NCBI GenBank assembly: GCA_038046625.1
Contig: JBBSVV010000003.1
Location: 4,017 to 68,016 of the forward strand
DNA length: 64,000 nt
Direction of reading: 5' to 3'
DNA from: an archaeon
Lineage (GTDB): Archaea > Iainarchaeota > Iainarchaeia > Iainarchaeales > Iainarchaeaceae
In this document: positions 34,406-43,940 of the stretch, piece by piece
Numbering within the stretch: position 1 is the stretch's first letter
Layout of the letters: each line of letters opens with the position of its first letter
Made by a program: the position numbers and the translations under genes
The notes under the pieces: generated by a model
What the model was told of the DNA's origin: nothing
Seen by the model: only the letters and a program-made list of their open reading frames with translations
Database searches by the model: none

Positions 34406-36184
34406 ATGACTCGAGTAGCTGTTCTGGAAAAGGACCGTTGCATCAATGGCACGGGCTGTGATTACATATGCGGCCACGTGTGTCCAGTGAACCGCGCGGG
34501 AAAGGACTGCATTGTTCTAGATGAGGTTACAAACAAGCCCGTCATCAGCGAGGAGTTATGCATCGGCTGCAACATATGCGTAATTAAATGCCCCGTGGAT
34601 TGCATTTACATCGAGAACCTTGTCCAGGAACTGAACGAGAATCCTGTGCATCGCTTCGGCGAGAACGCGTTCAGGTTCTACAGGCTCCCCACAATAAGGA
34701 ACGGAGAAGTAGTTGGGTTGATTGGCAGGAACGGAATAGGAAAAAGCACTATCCTGAAAATAATTTCTGGCCAGCTGGTTCCAAATTTGGGGGATTACAA
34801 TTCAAAAGGCTCTTACGATTCGGTGATAAATTTTTTCAAGGGGAAGGAATTGCAGCGGCTTTTTTCCTCGCTGAAAGACAAGCGGATAAAGGTTTCTTAC
34901 AAGCCGCAGAACATAACTGATTTGCCCAAGGCGGCGAAAGGCACTGTGCGCGAACTCCTGAAAAAAACCGATGAGCGCAAAAAACTTTCCGAGGTTTCGG
35001 AGTTGCTGGGCCTCGGAAAAATTTTGGACAGGGAACTCTCGCACTTGAGCGGAGGAGAATTGCAAAGGGTTGCGATTGCCGCGGCCTCATTGAAGGATGC
35101 TGATTTGTATGCTTTTGATGAGCCAACTTCTTATTTGGATGTGAGGGAGCGCCTCAATGCCTCCAAGGTTTTGCGCGGTCTTGCGGAATCCGGAAAGGCG
35201 GTTGTTTTGATTGAGCATGACCTCGCGGTTCTTGATTACTTGAGCGATTATGTGCACCTTCTTTACGGAAAAAAATCGGTTTACGGAATAGTTTCAAAGC
35301 CGAAGAGCGTTCGCAATGGCATTAACGAGTTTTTGGAGGGCTTTGTGAAGGATGAGAATGTTCGGTTCAGGAGCACAGAGCTGAAATTTGAGGTCAAGCC
35401 TTCCACGGATTTCAGGAAAAAGAAAGTTATTGCTAGCTACCCGGAACTCAAAAAGTCCTTCAAGGGATTTTCCCTCGAGGCTGAGGCGGGGGATTTGCGC
35501 GAGGCCGAGGTTCTGGGAATAATGGGCCCCAATGCAATAGGCAAAACGACTTTCGTGAAGATGCTTGCCTCCGTTGAGAAGCCAGATTCAGGGAAGATTG
35601 ATTTTTCCATGCATGTTTCCTACAAGCCACAGTACCTTGTGCCTGAAAAGGGCGTTACTGTTGGTGATTTTATTGATTCTCAGGACCTTGATCTCTCGGT
35701 TTTCAAGAATGAGGTTGACCGAAGGTTGGCAATTACAGAGCTGGAAAATCACTTGCTTGAGGAATTGAGTGGCGGCGAGCTCCAGAAGATTGCTGTCGGA
35801 GTGGCGCTTTCGCGCACGAATTGCGAGCTCGTTCTTTTGGATGAACCAACCGCTTTTGTTGATGTTGAAGATAGGCTGAACATGGCTGATGCAATCCGTT
35901 CCGTAACAGATGCGAAAAAGAAGATTTGCATGGTTGTTGACCACGACATTTTGTTCCAGGATTATGTTTCTGACAGGTTGATGGTTTTTTCTGGCGAGCC
36001 CTCCGTGAAGGGCTTTGCGGGCGCCGCAATGTCAATGCATGACGGGATGAATTCTTTCCTCAAATCGGTTGGAATTTCTTTCAGGCGCGACCCGGAAAGT
36101 GGAAGGCCGCGTGCAAACAAGTTGCATTCGCAGCTCGACCAGGCGCAGAAGAAGAAAGGTGAGTATTACTATCTCGTGGATTGA
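34406..36184 (+). CDS. abce1: ABCE1 / RNase L inhibitor (Fe-S cluster + twin ABC ATPase)
   Basis: N-terminal Cys-rich ferredoxin-like domain (CINGTGCDYICGHVCPV ... CIGCNICVIKCP). Two Walker A/B + LSGGE ABC cassettes. Confidence 0.85.
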   Translation: MTRVAVLEKDRCINGTGCDYICGHVCPVNRAGKDCIVLDEVTNKPVISEELCIGCNICVIKCPVDCIYIENLVQELNENPVHRFGENAFRFYRLPTIRNGEVVGLIGRNGIGKSTILKIISGQLVPNLGDYNSKGSYDSVINFFKGKELQRLFSSLKDKRIKVSYKPQNITDLPKAAKGTVRELLKKTDERKKLSEVSELLGLGKILDRELSHLSGGELQRVAIAAASLKDADLYAFDEPTSYLDVRERLNASKVLRGLAESGKAVVLIEHDLAVLDYLSDYVHLLYGKKSVYGIVSKPKSVRNGINEFLEGFVKDENVRFRSTELKFEVKPSTDFRKKKVIASYPELKKSFKGFSLEAEAGDLREAEVLGIMGPNAIGKTTFVKMLASVEKPDSGKIDFSMHVSYKPQYLVPEKGVTVGDFIDSQDLDLSVFKNEVDRRLAITELENHLLEELSGGELQKIAVGVALSRTNCELVLLDEPTAFVDVEDRLNMADAIRSVTDAKKKICMVVDHDILFQDYVSDRLMVFSGEPSVKGFAGAAMSMHDGMNSFLKSVGISFRRDPESGRPRANKLHSQLDQAQKKKGEYYYLVD

Positions 36185-36236
36185 ATTTTTTCTGTTTTGC
36201 TTCAGCATTTAAACCTTTCAATGGACAATCACTTTT

Positions 36237-37655
36237 ATGTGCTCAATTGCAGGAGTTTATTCTAGGAAGGGCAAAAGCGTTTCCAAAGAGGCTTTAACTC
36301 TTCTTTCGGCTTTGAGGCACCGGGGCCCGGAAGCCTTTGGCGTTGCTTCTTCCAAGGGGGCTTTTACCTCGAAAAATTTTTCTTCGCTCACAATTCCTGA
36401 AAGCCCCTTCATTCTTGGGCATTGCCTCCTTTCCACAACAGGCTATTTGGAGCAGCCCGTCACTGTGGGAAATGTTTCAGTTGCCCACAATGGTCAGGTT
36501 TACAATTACCGGGAATTGTTTCCTGAAAACAAATTTGCATCAGATGCGGAGGCTATCGCGCTTTTCCTGGTGAGGGCTCTTCGCAAAAAAAGCGTTTTGT
36601 TTGCGGTAAAGGAGTTCATGCGCAAAGCTATCGGCGAGTATGCCATTGCATTCCTTTACAGGGGAAAATTGTATGCGTTCCGCGATTTTATCGGGGTTAA
36701 GCCGCTCTGGTTTGGCTCGAATGAGTCCGTTCATGCTTTTGCTTCCGAGCCTTCCGCATTGATGAAGATTGACATCCAGTTTCCACAGCCTTTGCTTCCG
36801 GGTCATTTGCTTGTTGTTTCGCAGAAGGGCACAAGAACCTCGAAGGTTTTTGATTTGAGCGATTTCAGGAAAAGCGTGCCCCACAATTTTTCGCAGGAGC
36901 GCCTTGCTTCCGAATTTGACAGAACAATAAAGCTCCAGACTGCCGGAATAAGCAGGGCTGCTGTTCTGTTCAGCGGCGGCGTTGATTCTTCTCTCATTGC
37001 AAAGGCTGTTTCGAATGAACTCGAAAGAACCGAATTGTTTGTTGCTGGCACTCCTGAGAGCAATGATATTTCTTTTGCGGAGAGGGTTGCTCCAGAGCTC
37101 GGACTTCAGCTGCATAAAATTTACCTTGACGAGAAAAAAATCGAGTCGCTTGCTTTCCGCGCAATGAAAGCGCTTTCCTTTTTCGACGAGATGCAGCTTG
37201 GAATTGGTATTCCTGAGCTGGCTTGTTCAGAGGCCATAATGAAAAAGGGTTTTAAGGCCGTGTTTTCCGGGCAGGGCAGTGACGAGATTTTTGCGGGCTA
37301 CATGAATTATGCGCGTATCCTCGCCGAGAAGGATTTCAAAGCGGTTGATGATGAAATCTGGTTTTTGCTTTCCAGGATGTGGAGCAGGAATTTTTTCAGG
37401 GATGATGCCATGGTTTCCGCAAATTCGCTTGAATTGCGCGTTCCTTTCGTTTCAACTAATTTTTTGTGCGAGGCAATGGCTTTTCCCGCGAAGGAAAAAA
37501 TCTTGGCTCCTGATGATAAATTGAGGAAGCATCCTGTAAGGGCTTTGGCTGTGAAATATGGGCTGCCTGAATTCGTTACGCTGAGGCCGAAGAAGGCGAT
37601 GCAGTACGGTTCCGGCGTGCAAAAAATAGTTTCAAGGCTCTTCCAAAAAACTTAG
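36237..37655 (+). CDS. asnB: Asparagine synthetase (glutamine-hydrolysing), class II amidotransferase
   Basis: MCSIAG N-terminal nucleophile Cys. PP-loop AVLFSGGVDSS. Confidence 0.75.
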   Translation: MCSIAGVYSRKGKSVSKEALTLLSALRHRGPEAFGVASSKGAFTSKNFSSLTIPESPFILGHCLLSTTGYLEQPVTVGNVSVAHNGQVYNYRELFPENKFASDAEAIALFLVRALRKKSVLFAVKEFMRKAIGEYAIAFLYRGKLYAFRDFIGVKPLWFGSNESVHAFASEPSALMKIDIQFPQPLLPGHLLVVSQKGTRTSKVFDLSDFRKSVPHNFSQERLASEFDRTIKLQTAGISRAAVLFSGGVDSSLIAKAVSNELERTELFVAGTPESNDISFAERVAPELGLQLHKIYLDEKKIESLAFRAMKALSFFDEMQLGIGIPELACSEAIMKKGFKAVFSGQGSDEIFAGYMNYARILAEKDFKAVDDEIWFLLSRMWSRNFFRDDAMVSANSLELRVPFVSTNFLCEAMAFPAKEKILAPDDKLRKHPVRALAVKYGLPEFVTLRPKKAMQYGSGVQKIVSRLFQKT

Positions 37656-38167
37656 GTGCAGGAGTAGCTTGGCTGCTCCGTGCATCCGGAGATTCCGTCT
37701 CTTACGCTGCAACTCGGTGGAGAGCCTGAACTTAGTGCTTCCTTTTGGAAGCTGAACTGCCTTGTTTCCTTAACCATTACTCCGTTTATTCCTGTGGTGC
37801 ATTGGACATATCCTTGTGCGGTTAGTTGTCCCTGGTTAAAACTTGGGTTGCTTGTGTTTCCTGAGGCATCAACGAACGTGCAGCCCATATTTCCTGCAAT
37901 TGAATTGAAATATTCTTGCACCTTCGCTGTGCTGTTTGGGTTGCATGCTGGGTTCAGCACGTCATAATATCCGTCGCTTGTCGCCTTGTCAAGCAGCCTT
38001 ATCACGTTGTCCGTTTTTATCGCGTTTTCGCGCGCCGCCTGCATTGTGAGGAATGAATTTCCTGAGCTCTCGGATATTATGGCGTTGCTTAGCGCGAAAA
38101 TAACCAGTGCTATCGCTGCGGTAGCTATTATTGCGGTTGCTGTCCCCTTTACCCCAATTTTTCGCAT
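37652..38167 (-). CDS. Archaeal type IV pilin-like protein (class III signal peptide)
   Basis: Basic N-terminus, then a long hydrophobic helix (KGTATAIIATAAIALVIFAL). Cys-rich C-terminal domain. Confidence 0.5.
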   Translation of the reverse strand: MRKIGVKGTATAIIATAAIALVIFALSNAIISESSGNSFLTMQAARENAIKTDNVIRLLDKATSDGYYDVLNPACNPNSTAKVQEYFNSIAGNMGCTFVDASGNTSNPSFNQGQLTAQGYVQCTTGINGVMVKETRQFSFQKEALSSGSPPSCSVRDGISGCTEQPSYSCT

Positions 38168-38445
38168 TTCTTCACCCCGTCAGCCAGTGCCCCGTTGTTG
38201 CCGTATTTTTTTATTTCACTGCAGTTTGCCTTCAAGGCTTCCGGAGGCGTAGTGTCGGCACCTGTGTCATTCTGGTAGAACGCCACCAGTGCCTTGTCTG
38301 ATGCTTTCGTGTAAAGTATGGCCTGCTGCGTTCCTTCTTTTGAGCCCCCGAGGGACGTGAGTGTGATTGCGGAGAACAGCACTATCGTGATTGAGAGCGC
38401 GAGCGCCGCATCGGTGCTGAATATTATTCCCTTTTTCATTTCCAT
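38149..38445 (-). CDS. Pilin-like protein
   Basis: MEMKKGIIFSTDAALALSITIVLF class III signal peptide-like start. Confidence 0.45.
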   Translation of the reverse strand: MEMKKGIIFSTDAALALSITIVLFSAITLTSLGGSKEGTQQAILYTKASDKALVAFYQNDTGADTTPPEALKANCSEIKKYGNNGALADGVKKCEKLG

Positions 38446-38960
38446 ATTGCCACCTGTAAAACTTTTTTTGCTGGGCAGATTGCAGGGTTCCCGTTCACGC
38501 ATTTTTCGTATGTTGTTTTGTCTATTGTTCCGCCTGCGGGGCTGACGAAGTTCCTTTGAATGCTCGTGACATCCTGTTCCCCGGCTGCCTGGCTGCATTG
38601 CCCCATTTGCAGGCTGTTCGAGCCGTCCGGATCGGAAGACCTCACATTGCAGTTTATTCCTTCAGGAATCATCAGGTCTTGTTTTGTGGCGCCTTGAATG
38701 GCGGTGTTGGCATTTGAGCAGCCTTCAAGGCTGTAGCCTTGTGTTTCAAAACCTGTGGGTGTGCACGGCGAATTTTCAAGTGCCAGGTTGCTTGCCGTGA
38801 GTGCTATTGCGTTGAGTTCCGCCTGCACGGAATTTTCTTTTGCCTCGTTGCTTGAGTAATCATAGAAATTCAGGAGCATCCCCATTGCCAGCACTATCAG
38901 CGCCGCGGCTATAACAAAGTCAATGGAAAATATTTGCCCTTTTTCTTTTCCAGATTTCAT
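38436..38960 (-). CDS. Pilin-like protein
   Basis: MKSGKEKGQIFSIDFVIAAALIVLAM: KGQ-type cleavage motif plus hydrophobic helix. Confidence 0.5.
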   Translation of the reverse strand: MKSGKEKGQIFSIDFVIAAALIVLAMGMLLNFYDYSSNEAKENSVQAELNAIALTASNLALENSPCTPTGFETQGYSLEGCSNANTAIQGATKQDLMIPEGINCNVRSSDPDGSNSLQMGQCSQAAGEQDVTSIQRNFVSPAGGTIDKTTYEKCVNGNPAICPAKKVLQVAIWK

Positions 38961-39382
38961 GGCGTTATTACCTTTTGTATTGTCACTGTGCTGCCGCAAC
39001 TGAATGAAGCGGGCAGGTTCATTTCGTTTATTTGCATGTCACTGAGACCCAAACCGGAGTACATCTCCTGAATCGTGCTGCCGTCCGGCCGTACCGAGCT
39101 TGCAGTTATTGAAGTTTGTGTCACTGTTATGGTGCAGTTCTGCGGGTTCTTGTTTCCCGCGTTTTTGATTGTGGGCGAGGCGTAGGTTATTTCCTGTCCA
39201 AATGCTTTTGCCGCGCCGATTGTGGCGTATGCATCAATGAGTATTGCCTTGAGGCTGTTTCTTGTCGTTGCTTCGCCTGTTTTTTCCTGGAAACCGCCAG
39301 TAAACACAAGGAGGCCCGCAAAAAGCATGAGTATCGCAATGAACGCAAACATCAAATCCAGACTAACCTGCCCTTTCCGCAT
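38957..39382 (-). CDS. Pilin-like protein
   Basis: MRKGQVSLDLMFAFIAILMLFAGLLVF class III signal peptide. Confidence 0.5.
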   Translation of the reverse strand: MRKGQVSLDLMFAFIAILMLFAGLLVFTGGFQEKTGEATTRNSLKAILIDAYATIGAAKAFGQEITYASPTIKNAGNKNPQNCTITVTQTSITASSVRPDGSTIQEMYSGLGLSDMQINEMNLPASFSCGSTVTIQKVITP

Positions 39383-39420
39383 CCATTCATTAAGCATTTT
39401 ACATGTTATTAAAATTAGCG

Positions 39421-40935
39421 TTAAAATAACGGCTTGCCCGTCATTTCCCTGGGTTTTGCGATGCCCATTATTTTGAGTATTGTTGGCGCGACATCAATGA
39501 GCTGGCCTTTCCTGAGTTTGGCTTTTGAAAGGCTCTTCTCATTTGAAACAAGGATAAGCGGAACAGGGTTTGTAGTGTGGCTGGCTTTCGGCTTTCCGTC
39601 CGGGTATTTTGTTTCCTCCGCATTCCCGTGGTCCGATGTGATTATTAGCGTATAATTGTTTTTTTTCGCTGCCTTAGCAACCCTTCCGAGGCATTCATCC
39701 ACTTTTTCAACGGCCCTGACTATTGCCTTGTGGTTTGAGGAATGCCCGACCAAATCCGCATTGGCGAAATTTATTAGCATGAATCCGTATTTGTTTTTCG
39801 CGATTTGTTTCACCGCGTTCTGCGTGATTCCTTCGGCCGACATTTCTGGCGTCTTGTCGTACGAATCGACTTTTTCCGAAGGCACCATGATTCTGTCCTC
39901 GCCCTTGAATGGCTTTTCCACCTGTGAATTGAAGAAGTAAGTAACGTGCGGGTACTTGTCGGTTTCCGCTATGCGCAGCTGCTTCATGCCTTTTTTGGAA
40001 ATGTTTTCCCCGAGGTTGTTGCCCGGCACCACGTCACGGAACAGTATTGGGCAATCAACCTTCTTGTCGTATTTTGTCATTGTTGCCAAGAACGCTTTAG
40101 GCTGTTTTTTCCTTTTGAATCCCGAAAATTTTTTGAGGTGCAGTGCCCTCACTATCTGCCTCATCCTGTCGGTCCTGAAGTTGAAGTCAATGACAACATC
40201 GTTGTCCTCTATAAAGCATTTTTCGCCTATGCTCATTGCCGGCAGGTAATAATCGCTTCTCGCGCCCTTTGAGTAAGCATAATGTATCGCCTTTTGCGTT
40301 GTCGGGAAATTTTTTCCTTCTCCTTCCGTTATCAAATAATAGAATTTTTGCGTGCGGTTCCAGTTGTTGTCCCTGTCCATTGCGTAGAACCTTCCGCAGA
40401 TGCCCGCAACCCTTCCGCCGTATTTTTTGCACCACCCATTGATTTGTTCCGCGTATTTTTCCGCGGTTTTTATTCCCACGTCGCGGCCGTCTGCTACAAA
40501 ATGCAAAACCATTTTTCCGCCGAGTTTTTTGGAGTGCATGAATTCCATTATTGCCCTGAGGTGGTTCACGTGGCTGTGTATTCCGCCGTCGCTGCACAGG
40601 CCGATAAGGTGTATGTGTTTCGCTTTTTTTGCCTTTTCTGCGGCTTTTGCGAGCGTTTTGTTCCTGAAAAAGCTTTTGTCAGCTATGGAGTTGTTTATCC
40701 TGTCAAGCGGCTGCCGCACTATTCTTCCCGCGCCCATGTGGAGGTGCCCGACTTCGGAGTTTCCCTGGCTTCCTTTCGGCAGGCCGACGCATTCTCCGCT
40801 GGCACAGAGGCTTGTGTGCGGGCAGTTTTTCCACAACGAATCATAATTCGGTTTTTTTGCTTCGGCAATTGCGTTGTATTTTTTTTCCCTGCGCAGCCCG
40901 AAGCCATCAATCACAATCAGAATAAGTTTCTTCAT
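39421..40935 (-). CDS. gpmI: 2,3-bisphosphoglycerate-independent phosphoglycerate mutase (bacterial-type iPGM)
   Basis: ILIVIDGFG...SGECVGLPKGSQGNSEVGHLHMGAGRIV matches the iPGM N-terminal phosphatase-domain signature; 504 aa. Confidence 0.75.
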   Translation of the reverse strand: MKKLILIVIDGFGLRREKKYNAIAEAKKPNYDSLWKNCPHTSLCASGECVGLPKGSQGNSEVGHLHMGAGRIVRQPLDRINNSIADKSFFRNKTLAKAAEKAKKAKHIHLIGLCSDGGIHSHVNHLRAIMEFMHSKKLGGKMVLHFVADGRDVGIKTAEKYAEQINGWCKKYGGRVAGICGRFYAMDRDNNWNRTQKFYYLITEGEGKNFPTTQKAIHYAYSKGARSDYYLPAMSIGEKCFIEDNDVVIDFNFRTDRMRQIVRALHLKKFSGFKRKKQPKAFLATMTKYDKKVDCPILFRDVVPGNNLGENISKKGMKQLRIAETDKYPHVTYFFNSQVEKPFKGEDRIMVPSEKVDSYDKTPEMSAEGITQNAVKQIAKNKYGFMLINFANADLVGHSSNHKAIVRAVEKVDECLGRVAKAAKKNNYTLIITSDHGNAEETKYPDGKPKASHTTNPVPLILVSNEKSLSKAKLRKGQLIDVAPTILKIMGIAKPREMTGKPLF

Positions 40936-41294
40936 TCTATCACTTTGAGCCGGACTGTTTTTCCATTATTATCAAAAGCCCTGATTGTATTTAAATCGTA
41001 GGGATAGCTGATGATGATGTGCACTTTTCCGAACTTCCTGAACGACTCCAGGTCGGCTTCGGAAGGGTGGTTGTATATTGAGGGGTGCGAGTGCATTGTC
41101 CCTATTATTTCGCGGTCGAAAGGTATCAGGTCTGCGCTGTAGCTTGCAAATCCATCCCCGAAAATTGCGGGCACAACCACGAACTCCTCTATTGTGCCAC
41201 CTTTTTCCCCGAGCAGGCAGAAAAATTCATTAGGGTAAACATTTTTTGATGCCCGGAGAAGCGACTCTATAAGCCCTTTTTTGATTGAGCGCAT
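40932..41294 (-). CDS. JAMM/MPN+ metalloprotease domain protein
   Basis: E...HSHPSIYNHPSEAD matches the JAMM H-x-H-x(7)-S-x(2)-D motif; 120 aa. Confidence 0.6.
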   Translation of the reverse strand: MRSIKKGLIESLLRASKNVYPNEFFCLLGEKGGTIEEFVVVPAIFGDGFASYSADLIPFDREIIGTMHSHPSIYNHPSEADLESFRKFGKVHIIISYPYDLNTIRAFDNNGKTVRLKVIE

Positions 41295-41319
41295 CCATGA
41301 ATTGGTTGCTTCTTTGTCC

Positions 41320-42516
41320 TTAAAAACCGAACCCGCCGTAAATCAGGAGCGTCGGCACAATGAGGAAAGCCATGAAGTTGCTCCTCCTTATTCCCGCCTT
41401 TATTCCCGCGATTGCGATGCATGAGGCGCTCAGCATTGCGACAACACCCCATATTCCTGAAAACCAGAGTGAGAGCAGAAAAAGAAAAGCAAGTATTGCG
41501 GTGCTTGCTTTCGGGTAATTTATTTTCTGCACCGCGTCTATAGACACTTCCGAGATTTTTTGCGCGGCAATTGCCGCGATTCCGAGCGAGGCAACGGAGG
41601 CCGCAACAAGAACCAGGAACGTGTGCAAATCTGTATGCACTATCTGCTTCAGCGCAACCGCCATTCCTGTCCGCGTTTTTTCGATTGTGAAGAACGCCAC
41701 TATGCTAGCAATGAGGTTCCCCGTGTTCACGCCGCCTATTATTGTGAGGTATTCCCTTGAGCTTAATTTCCCCTTCAGTTTTTTTGCGATGAATGCCGCC
41801 TGGCTTGGGCCTATTGCAGGCACAAGTGAAACGAACGCAGAAATCAGTGCTCCGAGTGCCGCTGCGCCCGTTCTTGCCCGCGCCTTAAGTTTTTTCGCCT
41901 GTTCAGGAATGCCATTCTTGTGTGCCATGGCCTCGAGCAGTGAGGGCACTGCAAAGAATCCTGTTACGAGCGGGAGTATGGGGTTTTGCATTGCCGATGA
42001 AAGCACAACAATTCCCAGGATTCCGGAGAGGGCCATTGTTGCGATTGTTTCTTTCCTGTTTTTTTCGCTGAATATCATGCCGATTGCAACGAACAGTATT
42101 ATCGCGGGTATTGCGGTTGAAAAGTACTGCGAGTAATTTGTTATGAGCGAGTACATGAATGGCATGAGGATTATTACGAGCGTTCCGGTTGCGATGCCGC
42201 CGAATATTGTGTGGCCTATTGCTTCCATTGCCTTTCCCTTGAGGAGCATTTTGTGCCCCGGGAGTATTGATTCCGCCATGTCGCTTGATGGTGCGCCGAA
42301 GAGGATGCTTGGGATTGCGTCAAGGAATGAATGCGTTATCGCCATTGAAACAACGAATATTGCGAATCCTGTTGTGCGGTTTTCCGGAAACGAGAGTGCA
42401 ACGAGGGCTATTGTGTTTGCGTGTATGCCCGGCGCCAGCCCCGTGAATATCCCAGCAATTGTTCCGGCGAAAAGAAGGGCGAGTTCCTCAATCAATTTCC
42501 TCAACCCTTTTGACAA
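41320..42516 (-). CDS. Polytopic membrane permease (TctA/DUF112-like)
   Basis: ~10-12 predicted TM helices with Gly-rich helices. Family assignment is tentative. Confidence 0.4.
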   Translation of the reverse strand: MSKGLRKLIEELALLFAGTIAGIFTGLAPGIHANTIALVALSFPENRTTGFAIFVVSMAITHSFLDAIPSILFGAPSSDMAESILPGHKMLLKGKAMEAIGHTIFGGIATGTLVIILMPFMYSLITNYSQYFSTAIPAIILFVAIGMIFSEKNRKETIATMALSGILGIVVLSSAMQNPILPLVTGFFAVPSLLEAMAHKNGIPEQAKKLKARARTGAAALGALISAFVSLVPAIGPSQAAFIAKKLKGKLSSREYLTIIGGVNTGNLIASIVAFFTIEKTRTGMAVALKQIVHTDLHTFLVLVAASVASLGIAAIAAQKISEVSIDAVQKINYPKASTAILAFLFLLSLWFSGIWGVVAMLSASCIAIAGIKAGIRRSNFMAFLIVPTLLIYGGFGF

Positions 42517-42844
42517 TTATTTCAAGTTTCTCGTTGTACCTCGTTATTTGTCCCGTTGCCTTCACCGCGCTCCCGTTTTTGAGAATTGAGGCTTGCTCGA
42601 GAGTTGGAGAAAAATAGGCCGCGCTTATTATGCCGTTGTTTTCGAGATCGAAGAACGCGTTTCCCGAGCTGATTTTGAGGTTCGCAATGCTTCCTGACAA
42701 TGAAACTTTTTCGCCGATTGAGGATTCGTTTATTGCTGCTATTTCAACCTGCCTTTCCTCGGGCAGGAGCAGAATCAGTGCCGTGATGCCGATTATTGCG
42801 AGTATGTACGCGATTTTTTTGGTGTCCGCGAGGTCCAGGTGCAT
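42488..42844 (-). CDS. N-terminally anchored small extracellular protein (hypothetical)
   Basis: TM helix followed by a beta-rich ~80-aa domain. Confidence 0.35.
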   Translation of the reverse strand: MHLDLADTKKIAYILAIIGITALILLLPEERQVEIAAINESSIGEKVSLSGSIANLKISSGNAFFDLENNGIISAAYFSPTLEQASILKNGSAVKATGQITRYNEKLEIIVKRVEEID

Positions 42845-42890
42845 TATTTAAGGTAAAACAAAAAACAATAAAAATACGTCGATTGACGAA

Positions 42891-43223
42891 CTATGGGCAT
42901 TGGGTTCCATTTATAATTAGCTTCTGTATGTTATGCCCGATTTTCGTGGCGCAAATAGTATCCAGGTCGCTTCCGCTTGGATTTGGCTCTATTTTGAGCT
43001 GTATTTTTGTTCCCCCGTCTTCACTGTAATTCAGGTCTTTCACGTAGTATTTGCTGTCCATATCCCCTATTGCATGTATTAGGTCCTGCCTGTAATTCGC
43101 TACGCTGTTGACAGAGCCGCTGACGTCAAAATACTTGAAGACAACCAGCATGGAAATCGCTATCACGAGTGCCGCGATTATCGTTATTTCGATGCTTGCC
43201 TGCGCCCTCGAGTGCGGGTTCAT
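42891..43223 (-). CDS. Pilin-like protein
   Basis: Start at MNPHSRAQASIEITIIAALVIAISMLVV. Confidence 0.45.
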   Translation of the reverse strand: MNPHSRAQASIEITIIAALVIAISMLVVFKYFDVSGSVNSVANYRQDLIHAIGDMDSKYYVKDLNYSEDGGTKIQLKIEPNPSGSDLDTICATKIGHNIQKLIINGTQCP

Positions 43224-43224
43224 T

Positions 43225-43800
43225 TCACCCACTCTGGCCGAATGTGACTTTTGTTTCGGATCCGATTTTGTCCACTTTTGCAATGAATATGGCGCCCTGC
43301 ACTCCGGTGTTTACCTCACTCGGCGAGCATGAGAATGAGGCTCCTGCATCGAGCTCTTTCGTGCATTTTTTGTCTGCATCAGGATCCAAATCCAAGGCCA
43401 AGTCATCATCCGCATTGTTTTTGCATTCTTCGGGGACGCGGGCTGAAATCTGTTCAAGCCCCGCATCAAGCGGAACAACAAGGTATGAGAAACCTATCCC
43501 TGCAAAGTTCGTGGACGGTGGGGCCGCAGGAACGCAGTAAATTTTTGATTGCGGCGGAATAACAATTTCTATGGTCTGCCTTGTTCCGGCGCCGGATATT
43601 GAAACGTATTGTGCCGCGTTCACGAGCTTGTCGGCAGAGGCGCGGAGCTTCGCGAGGTTTGCGGTGTCGTTCATTGCATTGCTCGCAATGTCCGCGTTCG
43701 GCTGTATTATTGCGACTATGTAAAGCAGTGAAACCACGAGTATGAGCAGAAATTCTATGCTCGCCTGCCCCCGCCGGAAACCGCCGGCGGTATGGTGCCC
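43225..43800 (-). CDS. Pilin-like protein whose N-terminal signal peptide (RRGQASIEFLLILVV) is encoded by repeat element C; start codon unresolved
   Basis: Class III signal motif RRGQAS-IEFLLIL. No in-frame ATG within 50 codons upstream. The coding frame runs through the CCGCCGGCGG palindrome. Confidence 0.4.
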   Translation of the reverse strand, partial: GHHTAGGFRRGQASIEFLLILVVSLLYIVAIIQPNADIASNAMNDTANLAKLRASADKLVNAAQYVSISGAGTRQTIEIVIPPQSKIYCVPAAPPSTNFAGIGFSYLVVPLDAGLEQISARVPEECKNNADDDLALDLDPDADKKCTKELDAGASFSCSPSEVNTGVQGAIFIAKVDKIGSETKVTFGQSG

Positions 43801-43915
43801 TATCTTCGGTTTTGGCCTCGATAGGTCTTGCTTCGCAATTTTCCCGTTCAAAATATCAAGTTCCACAACAGTTTCGGCTGTTGGGTGCGATAGCCCATGC
43901 TGTCGCATGGACTTG
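43774..43915 (+). repeat. Structured repeat element, copy C (module 1 + hairpin module CAACAGTTTCGGCTGTTGGGTGCGATAGCCCATGC), with a diverged duplicate of the prepilin-peptidase gene 3' end
   Basis: CCGGAAACCGCCGGCGGTATGGTGCCCTATCTTCGGTTTTGGCCTCGATAGG, then a ~45-bp direct repeat (43827-43870 versus 43916-43960). Confidence 0.65.
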
Positions 43916-43940
43916 GCGTTGCTTCGCAACGCAGGCTTAT

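Noticed and set aside
40282-41001. 239-aa plus-strand ORF and neighbours (39946-40272, 40400-40846)
   Set aside because: Antisense to gpmI, which has an unambiguous iPGM signature.
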